From contig NC_043005.1 of assembly GCF_006345805.1 (NCBI RefSeq), forward strand, positions 97,402,001 through 97,466,000: a stretch of DNA of 64,000 nt, written 5' to 3'. The first letter of the stretch is position 1. Every line of letters begins with the position of its first letter. This document shows, one piece after another, positions 25,960 through 38,662 of the stretch. The translations under genes and the position numbers were made by a program. The stretch is from Octopus sinensis (taxonomy: Eukaryota). The notes beneath the pieces were generated by a model. The model saw only the letters and a list, made by a program, of their open reading frames with translations, did not search any database and had not been told where the DNA came from.

Positions 25960-26365
25960 AGGTGGTGAGCTGGCAGAATCATTAATTAGTTCACCATGCA
26001 AAATGCTTAACAGCATTTCGTCTGGCTTTACGTTCTGAGTTCAAATTCTGCCAGGGTCAAATTTGCCTGTCATCCTTTCAGGATTAATAAATTAAGTACC
26101 AGTTGAACGCTGGGGTCGATGTAATCGACTTAGCCCCTCCCCCAAACCTGCTGGCCTTGTGCCAAAATTAGAAACCAATATACGAGCAAAATGATTCGTG
26201 GCATTTCTTCCATTCTTATGTTCTGAGTTCAAATTCCGCTGAGGTTGACTTTGCGTTTTATCTTTTGGGGTCGATAAAAAGAGTAACAGTTGAGTACTGG
26301 GGTGATGTTATTGATTTACTCCTCCTTCAAAATTGCTGGCCTTGTGCCAAAATATGAAACCATTA
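25960..26365 (+). mobile_element. Two tandem Meta-like SINEs
   Basis: Head ggtggtgagctggcagaatc, B-box-like gagttcaaattc, central box, and tail ggccttgtgccaaaa, present twice. Confidence 0.8.
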
Positions 26366-26530
26366 TTAAAGTAGAGTGTATTGGATGGGTGTTCTGTTAA
26401 TATTGTTAAACGCTCAATGTAAACATTGGATGATGGTAGATGTTGATGTATTGGATTAAGCGAGAAGAGGGGAAAATATATTTTCAATCCTGTTTCATTT
26501 CTAACCCTGAATCTTTTACTTTATTGTGTA

Positions 26531-27240
26531 CTAGCAGAGATACCCAGCGTTGCCCGTATCACAGGGAATTGAAGAATTAGACTTTTCTTTTATATTTCCT
26601 CTAATGAACTGGAATACCTATGATTCGAATTTCATCAAAATTGCAGATTAAGAATTTTGATGAGGGTTCTTTCCCTCTTTACACACCCTAACAAAAATTC
26701 TAATCAAGACGTATTTATCCCATACTACTCATGTTTATGCCCAGATTCTAAAATCCAAATCTTATAAAACCTATTCAACGGTTTTTGCTCCTGAGAAATG
26801 GAGCACATGGAGGTCTAAAATGTGGGAAATCCACGCATTAGAGATTCACACAGACAAAAATTCTCATATATATATATATGTATGTATGCCTGTATGCCCG
26901 TATATATGTGAGATAATAGCTTCACTTTAATAGTTTCAGTATTAATAGTGAAACTATTAAACTGAAAGTATCTCACATTTCAATAGAGATGTTATTGTTT
27001 CGCTTTTGACACATAATACTGAAATAGTGGAAGAGATAAGAGATTGCTCTGGGCTCAGATTAGGCAAAAAGTTGAAAATGTCTTTGGCCCATGGCTCTAC
27101 ATGGACCCTAAGTAAGGCATGTGTAAAATTTGAATGAAATCAGTTGCGTAGTTCTCAATTTTTAGAAATTCACACAGACAGACAGACAAACACACCCACG
27201 CACTCCCCCCCCACACACACACACACATTCTTATCTTTAT
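26531..27240 (-). mobile_element. Helitron-type non-autonomous elements
   Basis: a|ctag terminus with adjacent imperfect hairpin cccagcgttgcccg. The other end has (ACAG/AC)n plus tctcatatatat. Confidence 0.55.
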
Positions 27241-27651
27241 ACTATTTTATTCTTTTACTTGTTTCAGTCATTTGACTGCGGCTATGCTGGAGCACTGCCT
27301 TTAGTTAAAGAAATCGACCCCAGGACTATTCTTTGTAAGCCTAGTACTTATTCTATCGGTCTCTTTTGCCAAACTGCTAAGTAACAGGGACATAAACACA
27401 CCAGCATTGGTTGTCATGCGATGTTGGTGGGACAAACACAGACACACAAACATATACACACATATACATCTATATACATATATACGACAAGCTTCTTTCA
27501 GTTTCCGTCTACCAAATCCACTCACAAGAAGAAGAAGAAGAAGAATTTTTTCTATTATAGTGGGGCTAGTTAATTACATCAACCCTAGTGTACAACTGGT
27601 ACTTATTTCATCAACTCTAAAAAGATGAAAAGCAAAGTTGACCTTGGTGGA

Positions 27652-27702
<51 letters not shown>

Positions 27703-27944
27703 GTGTGTGTGTGTGTGTGTGTGTGGTTGCTCAGCCTGTATAAAATAACAGTAGAATCTTTTTATACATAAGATAAAGTACTGGTCCTTATTATACATAT
27801 CAAAAGAGATGAGATTGTTATGATGAAAGCATCTCTGATCATAGATCTACTAGAGTCGGTCTTACCTGATGCTAAAGCCCTAACAAAATAACGAACCAAC
27901 TAGGGAGCTTCTGTGCAGTTGCTAAAATCTAAAAGCAGCAACAG

Positions 27945-28255
27945 CTGTTTATTGAGCGAAAACACCTAAAGCTCCACGAGGCTCTGGCTGGGGGTGGTTG
28001 CAACCCCTGTTGTACTCTTTCGCCCCCAACTTTCTCTCACTCTTTCTTCCTGTTTCTTGTCCCTGGCTTCCTATGCAACCGCTGAACCTGGATGCGCATT
28101 CATCCATCCGTCGATGCTCTCGGTGTAGGGGTTGACCTGCTTTCTCTTCTGTGGATCTTACGAATAGCAAAGGACCATGTTTCGGACTTCTCCCATCTTG
28201 CGAGCTCTGGGACGAAGACCATTCGCTCAACAGCAACAGCAACAGCAGCAACAGC
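27945..28255 (+). mobile_element. OR1-like SINE variant with alternative 3' tail and (CAA/CAG)n end
   Basis: Shares gtttattgagcgaaaacacctaaagctcca..ctttctctcactc with 34341-34724, then diverges. Confidence 0.7.
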
Positions 28256-29529
28256 CATTTATCCGTCGATTCACAACAATCATGGAAATTAAACAATACA
28301 TTTGATAATGTAGTCCTAGATACATCAGACGTTTACATAAGAAAATATTACAATACATAAAAAAAAACTTCTGGTTCAAACAACAACAAGTTTTCTTGGA
28401 ATCTTTTCTTTGCTTTTACTCGGAAATAAGATAAGACAGTCATAGTTGTAATTCCTTTGATCATATGTCTGCTCAGTCAGTGTTGACCAAGGGCTAAATA
28501 CTATGTGTATACTATGTACATTTGTCAATAGTCAGTAAATGAGTCATCATGCTATAATTTTATTGCTTTTATCAAGTACTGAATGACACAATTACACACC
28601 TGGGATAAAAAAAATAAATTGAAAAAAAAATGAAAAAAAAACAAAACAAAAACAAAAAGCATATGAGAGAGCTTATGCGTAGTCACTAGATTTGGTAAAA
28701 ATAGCTGCCAAATTCTACATAAATAATTTTCTATTACAATTATTCTCAAACTATGTGCAAAAGTGCAGTGGCTGCACTGCATGATGTATCTTGAATCATG
28801 TTTTTGAAATATAATTTAAGGCTTTAAATTCATACAAAGGATTGTTAATAGATGAAAACACATGACGTAGAAGTTAGAGTATTCAGCTCGTAATCATAAG
28901 ACCTTAGATTCAATCCTGGAAAAGCAGTGCAGTGTGTCCTTGAACAAGGCACTCTGTTTAACTTTGCACTGGTCTACTCACCTATAAATGACTAATAGCT
29001 GAATGCTGGTGCAACTCTGTCTGTCTGCCAGTCTCTCTCTCTCTCTCTCTCTCCCCTCTCTCCCCTCCCCCTCTCTCTCTCCTCTCCCCTCTCTCTCCCC
29101 CCTCCCCCTCTCTCTCTCCCAGCTATGCTGCTGGATCAAAGGTGAAAGAACCAAGCAGGTGTCTATAACTGCTTGCAACTACACAGGTGTTAAGCTCCAC
29201 AGAACAATTAATAAAAGAAGCATCGTTCACACTATCAAGCCATGTTCATTCACAAGTAACAGCCATCTATAATCTAAATAACACAAATGCTATGTATATA
29301 TATTTAGTGTTATTAATACATTAATCTACACTAATGCTTATTAATTCTGCTCATGTGTGTCAGTGGAGTATTGGAAAATGTGTCAAAACCACTTAAGCAA
29401 TTCTTTTCTTTACTGTTTTCTTAAATGCTTAGCTTTAAAACTTAATGTTTTTCTTAACTCTCAAACAAATCTTTTCTGTTTTATTTTCCCATCTTTTACT
29501 TGTTTCAGTTACTGGATTGTAGCCTTGCA

Positions 29530-29746
29530 ATCCTTTACTCTTTTACTCTTTTGCTTGCTTCAGTCATTTGACTGTGGCCATGCTGGAGCACTGCCTTTAG
29601 TCGAGCAAATCGACCCCAGGACTTATTCTTTGCAAGCCTAGTACTTATTCTATCGGTGTCTTTTGCCAAACCACCATGTTACAGGGACGTAAGAATACCA
29701 GCATCGGTTGTCAAGCGATGTTGGGGGGACAAACACAGACACACAA

Positions 29747-29793
<47 letters not shown>

Positions 29794-29916
29794 CGAAGGG
29801 CTTCTTTCAGTTTCTGTCTACCAAATCCACTCACAAGGCTTTGGTCAGCCCGAGGCTATAGTAGAAGACACTTGCCCAAGGTGCCACGCAGTGGGACTGA
29901 ACCCAGAACCATGTGG
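29530..29916 (-). mobile_element. OR2-like CORE SINE
   Basis: Reverse complement of the 51500-51870 element. Confidence 0.8.
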
Positions 29917-30095
29917 AAGGATTTCAGTTGAACAAATTGGAGTGCAGTACTTATTGTGCTTATTTACTGAACTTTGCTAAGTTACATATACATAGACAAA
30001 CACTGGCTGTCAAGCAGAGGTGGGGACAAAAACAAACACAAAGACACACTAATGTGTGTGTGTATACATATGAAAACATACAGACATACACAGAG

Positions 30096-30126
<31 letters not shown>

Positions 30127-30154
30127 CTTTATTTAAAGCAGCAGAAAATTCAAC

Positions 30155-30202
30155 AAAACCTGATATTCTGAGTTTCGCGTTGCCGTTCATCAGACAGTTT
30201 TT
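30155..30202 (-). ncRNA. Type-I hammerhead ribozyme motif in a (TA)n-flanked element
   Basis: AAAACUGU-CUGAUGA-ACG GCAA CGC-GAAA-CUCAGAA-UA-UCAGGUUUU: intact core with a few stem mismatches, and AAUAAA downstream. Confidence 0.65.
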
Positions 30203-30387
30203 GCTATATATATATATGTATATGTATGTGCACATATATGTCTGTGTGTGGGGGTTTTTTTTATATGTATCACTCGTAGCCCAGATCTATTATAAATATA
30301 TATATATATATATTATATATATATATATTTCAGAATGAGATAAAAAAATCAAGGCTGTGAAGATTCTAGAACATTTATAAATAGAAG

Positions 30388-30435
30388 GTCTTACAGCTGT
30401 TTCCAGGATATTTATTATATCCCTTCATCGGAGAC
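30388..30435 (-). ncRNA. Type-I hammerhead ribozyme motif (U4C variant)
   Basis: GUCU-CCGAUGA-AGGGAUAU AAUAA AUAUCCUG-GAAA-CAGCUG-UA-AGAC: stems I and II paired, palindromic stem III. Confidence 0.7.
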
Positions 30436-30608
30436 GGTATGAGAAAATGGTTAAGCAATAGCTAATTTAGGTAAGATACGATATAGAGAGTGAAGTGGAG
30501 GAATGAAAATAGATGTGAGATATGCAGGGATATTGCATTTGTAGATCCATTATTTAGGCAGAATGGTATACATATAAGATTCCAATACCTTGTGAGTAAA
30601 ATCCAATA

Positions 30609-30651
<43 letters not shown>

Positions 30652-31678
30652 TATATATTATATATATATATATTTATATACTAGCAGCTAAGCCCTGTTT
30701 CACCCAGTTTGGATGATGTGGCTGTAAAACCTGCTCTGTGTAAGCATTTGACTTGTTTGGGCATGCTTATGTTAAAAAACAATTTTAGAATGACTTTTTT
30801 CTGCCCAAACACTAAAAATAACTGACCAACAACAAAAAAAAAACAACCAAGATTCAACCAAATCAAAAAATAAACCCAAATACTAAGCAAACAATTATCT
30901 CCCCTGTCTCCGATAATAACAAGCACTAATTACTTCACCTTACATTTTTCTATTTGCTAAATCATTTATTCATAAACTTCTCCACACACAACATGGACTA
31001 AAATCTTCTAAAGAAAATATGAAATTACAATAACTTCAATATCATGATTAGTGAAAATGAAACCAGTTGACAAACACAATATAAAATATATTAGAACTAT
31101 ATAAAGTGTGTGCATCTTCTCTTAATTTATATATATTTTTTGCATTACAATTCACCACGTGGGGATAATTGAAATTCCTCCCTTTGTGTTACTATATATA
31201 TGTGTAAGTGTGTGTGTACACAATATACACATTGACACATATATGCTGTACATCTTTTATTGACAAGTAAGACTAAGCATTGTCTGGACAATAAATACTC
31301 TATCAAATCTTTTCAGTAATTATAATAGCATAACAGGAAATTTAGACTGATGTTTTCCTCTTGTGTATATAGAAAAAAAAATAGTTATAATAAAATATGA
31401 ATAGAAACCAGTTTTTAGAAAATGCTTATGAAAGCACAACTTAATGTAATGACTAATTATAGGCTATCTGAAGATGACCTCTGGGGAAACCTTCATAAGT
31501 GCTTTATTCCCTGCACACCAGAATGACCAGGTAACAATTTACTCTATGCAGAGCAATGATAAGTCTAATCAGCTAATGAAATGAGCTTTCTGGATTTTTT
31601 TAGCAGCAAAATTTCTAATAACAGTATCAAAATCAATTTCTCTGACAATGATTGATTCAATACACAGCCTTGCTACTA

Positions 31679-31948
31679 TCAATAAGTCAGGTGTATAAGA
31701 TGGTTGACTTTAAGACTTTCCAGATTAAGAAAAGTAATTCCATGGTTGTATCCTGCCTTTGACAAAGTGAAGTTATAGTGGTGGGAATGGGTATTAAAAA
31801 TTTCATTTGTTGATGATTTCGTAATTCTTTTAGAAATACTTTTGACTACTGATTTTAATATATTAGTGGGGTGGTTTGATGATTTGTTCACATATCTCGT
31901 AACTTCATTTTTGATAATCTTAAATTTTAGTTTTATACAAGATAACAA
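31679..31948 (-). mobile_element. Penelope-like element RT/thumb remnant
   Basis: RYVNKSSNHPTNILKSVVKSISKRITKSSTNEIF..YN.TL.KAGY, homologous to the segment at 42260-42440. Confidence 0.7.
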
Positions 31949-32325
31949 TATTGCTTATAAACAATCACCCATAGTGCGCCAATAAACTTTCTTAACAATA
32001 ATATCCAAAAGTGAACAAGACAAAAAAAATGTGCAAAGGTTAGACACTGATATCCTACTGATCTTTGCAAAGAAAATTTTGCAAGAAAAATGGGAACATT
32101 TAACGTCATAAATAAAGTGAATTTTAGAAAACCAGAACTGAAGCTTTATGAATTGGTCAGTTTATTAACTTACTAGAAAATTTATGGTATATTTCCAAAT
32201 GTATGACTTAGCTTTAGAAAATTGTTCCATCCATCTATCCATCCATCCATCCATCCATCCAACCATCCATCCATCCTTTCTACCCACTGTTCCTAAGAGA
32301 GTTGTACTCAAAGTTTATTCATCAA

Positions 32326-32716
32326 CTAGCAGTATAGCCCGGTGTTGCTTGGGTTTGTTTTGACCCTTTAGAATTGGAATTTTTGAAAAGTAAAAATTTT
32401 GCATTATGTAGCTTGTTATTCTCTTTAAGTGAACATTTTTCTGGTTGAAATACACCAAAAAATGGCGACACAGCAGTCACAAAATCGTAAAAAATAGAGA
32501 TTTTCATAGAAAAAAGCACCTTTTTGATGTAAATAATTTTTGGTGTTAACACGATCCGATTTGAATTTTTTCTTCTACGGAAGGAAGAGCAAGCCTTCTT
32601 CTATCATACTCTCAATTTTGGTCAACTTGTGCCGCAGGGTCTTGGAGGAGATAGTGTTAGTTGAAGGCTACCAAACCTTCCATACACAGACAACTTCAGT
32701 TTTATATATAGAGAGA
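32326..32716 (-). mobile_element. Non-autonomous Helitron-type element
   Basis: 5' TC(tctatatataa), 3' hairpin plus CTAG, inserted between A and T. Near-identical to 58828-59210. Confidence 0.8.
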
Positions 32717-32943
32717 TTAAAAATGGGTTTTTTAAGTTGTCAACTAATTTCCTTTGCAAATCTCAAGCAATAACATTCATAATTAAACACAAATTTTATC
32801 CAATATAACTTATTTTTTGAAGAACGCTTCCTATATTATATATAACCTATTATGATTCAGTGTGGTGATCTACCAATCAAATACCATGTATGCACTATAT
32901 TTAATTTCATGTCTATACTTAAGAGAACTAACTCAGAAAAATA

Positions 32944-33177
32944 CAGGGTGGCCCAAAAGTAGGTATTCAGTTATTCAGCTATTTCTTTTGCATTCATATA
33001 TTAACAGTTTAGATCTTAATTATAAAAAAATATGAAACCATTATTCTATGCTAATTTGGCTAATTTTATCAAGCTCCCTTTTCAGTTTGTAAGATAGAAT
33101 TGAAATGCAATAAAATGTTTTAAAAGAAATTTAAAGTGCCTACATGAGAACTATAAACCTATATTTGAGTCACCCTG
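32944..33177. mobile_element. Tc1/mariner MITE
   Basis: ta|cagggtggcccaaaagtaggt ... acctatatttgagtcaccctg|ta. Confidence 0.75.
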
Positions 33178-33869
33178 TATATTTGAAAATAGGTTTGGGT
33201 TTACATTACTATCAGCATTCCTTCTGCTTTACAGATTTCTCTAAAGTTAGAGTGAATTTTCATACCATAATTAGTATGCACAACAACAATTACATCAGTA
33301 TTTTCCCATATAAGCAGTTCATTTTCCCACTATCGTAATACCGTTGCTTGTTTCCATTAGTAATATACTTACCTATAATAAGTTATTGTTAATTAGCAAA
33401 TTTTGTTCAAATATAATGCCAGGAGCACATAACTATTATTGTAGCTCCAGTTTGGTTTCATCTAATTAAAGTGCAGAATACCTTGGCCATCAAATAGCAC
33501 TGACGCTCAGTTGTTGCAAATATTGGTTGCTATTATCTAGTTTGGTACCTTAAGAAGTAACCAGGTAGTTCAAAGGTCTAACGTCTCAAGCAGTACTCTT
33601 TCGTAGAAATTTCTCACTGAATAATTAGGCATTAGACATGTCCACCTGATCATGGCACTTGAGTTTATTCCTGTTATGTATTCCACTTTTTACTCACTGT
33701 TTGCAGACATCAGTTAATACTAATTTGTTTGGATCCTACTGTTTCACTATAAAAAGAAGTCACATAACTTGATATTATTGATTTTGTCGTGTTGGTTTGA
33801 GCCTTTCACTGAAATAACTTTCAATATATTGATAAACGACTAAGAACATGTCTATAATCACGCATCTTT

Positions 33870-33886
33870 TGTTGTAGTAGTAGCAG

Positions 33887-33919
<33 letters not shown>

Positions 33920-33947
33920 CAGCAACAGCAGTATTAGTGGTAGTAGT

Positions 33948-34001
<54 letters not shown>

Positions 34002-34090
34002 TGTTGTAGTAGTTGGTGTTTTTGGTGGTGGTGGTGATGTGGCAGTGGTAGTATAGTGGTCGGTGTGGTGGTGGAGGTAGGAGTGGTGGT
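33870..34090. repeat. Compound (TAG)n/(CAG)n/(TGG)n microsatellite
   Basis: Directly visible. Confidence 0.95.
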
Positions 34091-34298
34091 CATTGGTGTT
34101 TGTCACTTGTACAAATAAGACAACATGCTATGCTATCTGTATACATAGATGACAGAATATATATTTCATCTCAAGGAGAATTGGGAATCACTATCACATA
34201 GTCACAAACTCAAATGCTGCGTGTCTGGGTGTGTGTGTATATAAATAAGTATATATATATATATATATATTTGTATATGTATATATATTTATAAATAT

Positions 34299-34340
<42 letters not shown>

Positions 34341-34341
<1 letters not shown>

Positions 34342-34724
34342 GAGGCGCAATGGCCCAGTGGTTAGGGCAGTGGACTCGCGGTCATAGGATCGTGGTTTCG
34401 ATTCCCAGACCGGGCGTTGTGAGTGTTTATTGAGCGAAAACACCTAAAGCTCCATGAGGCTCCGGCGGGAGATGGTGGTGATCTCTGCTGTACTCTTTCA
34501 CCACAACTTTCTCTCACTCGTACTTCCTGTTTCTGTTGTACCTGTATTTCAAAGGGCCGGCCTTGTCACTCTCTGTGTCACGCTGAATATCCCCGAGAAC
34601 TACGTTAAGGGTACACGTGTCTGTGGAGTGCTCAGCCACTTACACGTTAATTTCACGAGCAGGCTGTTCCATTGATTCGGATCAACTGGAACCCTCGTCG
34701 TCGTAACCGACGGAGTGCTTCCCA
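34341..34724 (+). mobile_element. Full-length tRNA-Arg-derived SINE (octopus OR1-like) in (TA)n
   Basis: A box tggcccagtgg, anticodon-like gacTCGcg, B box ggtttcgattccc, and a 300-bp body repeated elsewhere in the window. Confidence 0.85.
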
Positions 34725-35439
34725 ATATATATATATATATACACACACACTAGCAGAGATACCTAACATTGCTCGGGATTAAAGTGGTATAGTTTGTGTG
34801 TATATATAGATTACAGTTATGCTGAAACAGGTGATAGGGGAAAGTGCAGCATTGATGATGAAACATTTGTGGAGTAAATGATGGTCTAATCTGACTGAGC
34901 AACATGTAATACGTCTGTCTGAAGGATTCTAGGCCCTAACCTGTCATGGAAAATTGGGAGTGGTGGGGTATGTAATTTTTGAACCCACCAGAAAGCTGTT
35001 AGTGGTTATAGTGGCCATTGAGGAGGTCAGCACTGCTTCTAACATGACTCATCCTATGGTTGGCTGTCAAATGAATGGAGGTGTAATGGAGATATTGTAC
35101 CTGAAAATTGGCTGCAATGGGAGACAGCGACGGGGGAAGTGAACTGTTGAAATATTGCAGAAGGTGAAAAGGGTTGGCATTGGATTGCTGGTGTGGCTGT
35201 AGAATAAGAAACATAAAGTGCGCTTATGCAGTCATATGAGAATATGTAGAAATGAATTACTTAAAAATGACCGCATCAGTGGCTGACAGTTAGTAAGGAG
35301 AGACACAAATACGAAAGAAGAAAACAAAGAATTACTTTAAAAAATGTGGTTGGTAAGAGTAATTGGGGAATATGCTTTGATACGGAAGTTCATGCAGGAA
35401 ACTGCTTTGTTGGTGCAGTCTTCAGGTTTGTTGGTATTT

Positions 35440-35810
35440 ATATGTTTCTTTATTAGCCACACTGGGCTGCACACAGACAGGACAGATTACAAAGTAGAGC
35501 TTTTCCTTTTGGGGAGAGAAAAAAAAAGTGGGGTAGGTTTTCGATCAAAAGGAATCGTTAAAGGGGAAGAAAAATAACAAAAAAAAGGAAAGAAAAAAAG
35601 AAAAAAATCGATCAATAGGGATCGTGTATCACAGAAATGTCATGATGTAAAGTGTAAAGGGGGAAGCAGATAAGGTTTATCTGTGGAAAGAAAAGCCTAT
35701 GGAAAAGACCACGGTAACCTCGGTCAATAATGTTACATGTTACCATATTTGTTTGCAAGTAGGTAACCCTCTATTTTAAATTTTTCCGGGTTCATAGGAT
35801 TTTGCTCAAG
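35440..35810 (-). mobile_element. Probable L1/Tx1-like LINE 3' UTR
   Basis: Pyrimidine-rich minus strand ending gtggctaataaagaaa, similar to the tail of the Meta-like SINE (gtgggtagtaaagaaa). Confidence 0.4.
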
Positions 35811-38547
35811 GTGGCTTCGTCATTCATACATGCCATCCTTGCTACATTCACCCATCATGTGTATGTATGTGTGTTTAATCAGGTACCTAATGTGGAAAGA
35901 CCCTCACTGTATGAGACATGTAGACACTCATACACTTACATACATTCACAGACAGATACACAGTCATATACAAAATGTGATGTTGTCGTATGAAATGTTA
36001 TATTGTTTTAATGAAAATGAAACTAAAATTTCATATTGAGACTGGCCAGCCCTCACACACATATAGTAAGATAGACACACACAGACATACATACACACAT
36101 GTCACTCATCACATATGTGTATGAATGTGTAGGTGTGTGTGTATTTAATAATGTACCGTTACATATGTATATGCATGTATAGATGTGTGTGTGTTTAATA
36201 ACATACCTAACAAAAAGACACACACACACACTATGAGACATATACATACTCATACACTAACACACACACACTCACAGACAAATACACAAAATGAGATGCT
36301 GTTGTTGTTGTGATATAAAATGTCCTGTTGACTATAGAAAGATTATCTTTATGAAACGTTATCTTGTTTTAATCAAAATGAAAATAATGGAAATGAAAAT
36401 AAAATTTTGTATTGACACTGACCGGCCCTTCACATGCATATAGTATGTTTAATAATCTACCTAACACAGAAAGACACACACACTGTGAGACACATACTCA
36501 TACACTCACATTTTAGTTTATCACATGATGGTCAAGTTCATTTGGCTTTGCATGGACTATCGACACCTTAATGTGACAGACTAGCCAAGTACCCCTACAA
36601 TCAGCTTTTTAAGGGATGATTTTTCTCCCTAATTCTTTAGGGAGGTGAGCTGGCTACAAGTGAGTCAGATCTTTAACAATGAGAGCAGTGTATTCCACTT
36701 TGCAGCTTTGGCAGGAAGAGATTTCTAACCAAAATCTTTGATTCTATGTTTTACATTTCTTCTAACAATTGTCTTCAACATTTTGAAACCGTATAATGTT
36801 TTTAACAGAGTTCTACTTCTTGTGCCAGTTGATGTATTCATTTTAGAATTGGAAATAAATATTGCTGTGCTGTCAATTTTAACTTGCCTTCGTATTTTCT
36901 TATCAATATTTATCCTGACTCATATTAACAAAAAGTCATAAGATTACCAGGGCTTAGGCCTCAATGCATTCATTTAGGCCCCCTCGCTAAAACCCAAATC
37001 AAATTTATATGATTTGTGTTATTAGAAAAAATAAAAAAATAAATGAAAATTGAAGCCTTCTCAATCCTTAAGTTTATTTTAGAATTTTAGGATCCACCCT
37101 TGGAGACAAAGCTACCCCGGGTGGAAGGAAATGATTTGATGCTGGTACTTTCATGTGGTTGAATGGACATTGAACTTCTTTGGTGATGGTTTTTTGTTTT
37201 CTGGGAAATGTATATTTTGGGACTGGAGGCAAACACAAAAATGCTTGTGCGCCAGATATGTACATGAACAAATAGAGAAATAAGAGAGCAAGAGAGAATT
37301 AGGATTTGTTAATTGAACCTGGTTGACATAAATACTTTTCCTCTTATACACATAAAAAGAAGCACGCTCTCACATAAACAGAGAGAGAGAGGAGGGGGAG
37401 AAAGAGAGCGAGACTAGGAGAATGCAAAAAGAGAGAGAGAGAGAGAGAGAGATTGAAGGAAAGCAAGAGGAGAGATAGAGAGACTGAGAGAAAGCGAGAG
37501 GAGAGAGAGAGAGAGAGAGGAAACATGAGAGAGAGATGTGTGTGTAACGATAAGTGTTACTTAATACATCTTAATGTTTCTCTACGACTTTTCTACACAC
37601 AGTGCCAAAATGTAAATTCACTGTCAGTTCTGTTTTGTCAAAGATGTGCAGATACCCATTGTGAGAAAATTTTTCTTTTCCACATTTTGCCAATGTTTCA
37701 CCAGCCATTTTGTACATAAAGCGAAGCAGAAAGCTAAATGAAATTTAGCAGTCAAGTAGTTTAGTGGTTACGATTTCAAGTTTGGTGCCAACTAGAATAA
37801 AAACAAAATGTTCATGGTGCCAAAAGGTCCTGGGAGCAAAAACATCTCATGTCAAATAAGTCAATGTTGGAACAGTGACACCAAATACCCATGATAAACA
37901 CACCTGTCTCAAAACATCTCATACACCTATCCAAGTTAATACACAAATAATCTACTACATCAAGTCCAGTTCCTTAGACAAGTAACATACATATGCATAC
38001 ATACAAATATACATACATGTGCTTATAGTGATAAATTATATGGTTATTGACGAATTTGTCTATTTTTGGCATATTTGGCATTAGAAATTTTTTTTCTTTT
38101 GCCCTTGTTTATAAGTTGTTCATAAATTTAACCTTTAAAGGTATTTTATAATATGCTGGCCATTGATAGAAATTTTTTCGAAAATTTTTTTACATATATA
38201 CATATATATACATATATATATACATACATACATACAGTCATACATGCATGCACACATTCATACATGCATATATACATAATGGTGTTGTTGGTGCTGGAGG
38301 TGGTGGGTATTTATCTCCCAGCTAGCGATATAAACAAGGGTGCATTTTTCACCAAAAGTCAATATGAAAGTTTCTCTTATGTTCCCCCCCCCCCCACAGT
38401 ATAGTTAGTTCTATCGTTAAATGAGGATTAATATTAACTCTTGATATTAACATTGCCTCTTTTGCTAATATACATACAAACATACATATACACATATATA
38501 CATATTATGTATGTGTGAGTATGTGTATGTATGTATGAATGTATGTA

Positions 38548-38636
<89 letters not shown>

Positions 38637-38662
38637 ATATATATTAATATCTATATATATAT

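Noticed and set aside
31463-31500. Hammerhead-like ctgaagatgacc..gaaac near a Penelope remnant
   Set aside because: Stems I and III cannot be formed convincingly, so it is too degenerate to call.
33821-34106. Poly-Leu / poly-Thr ORFs
   Set aside because: These are translations of a trinucleotide microsatellite.
34341-34415. tRNA-Arg(TCG) gene
   Set aside because: The acceptor stem does not close, and the sequence continues into a multicopy SINE body.
36525-36600. LCMDYRHLNV Gypsy RT-like trace
   Set aside because: It is only about 10 codons with no supporting flanking motifs, so it is not listed as a feature.
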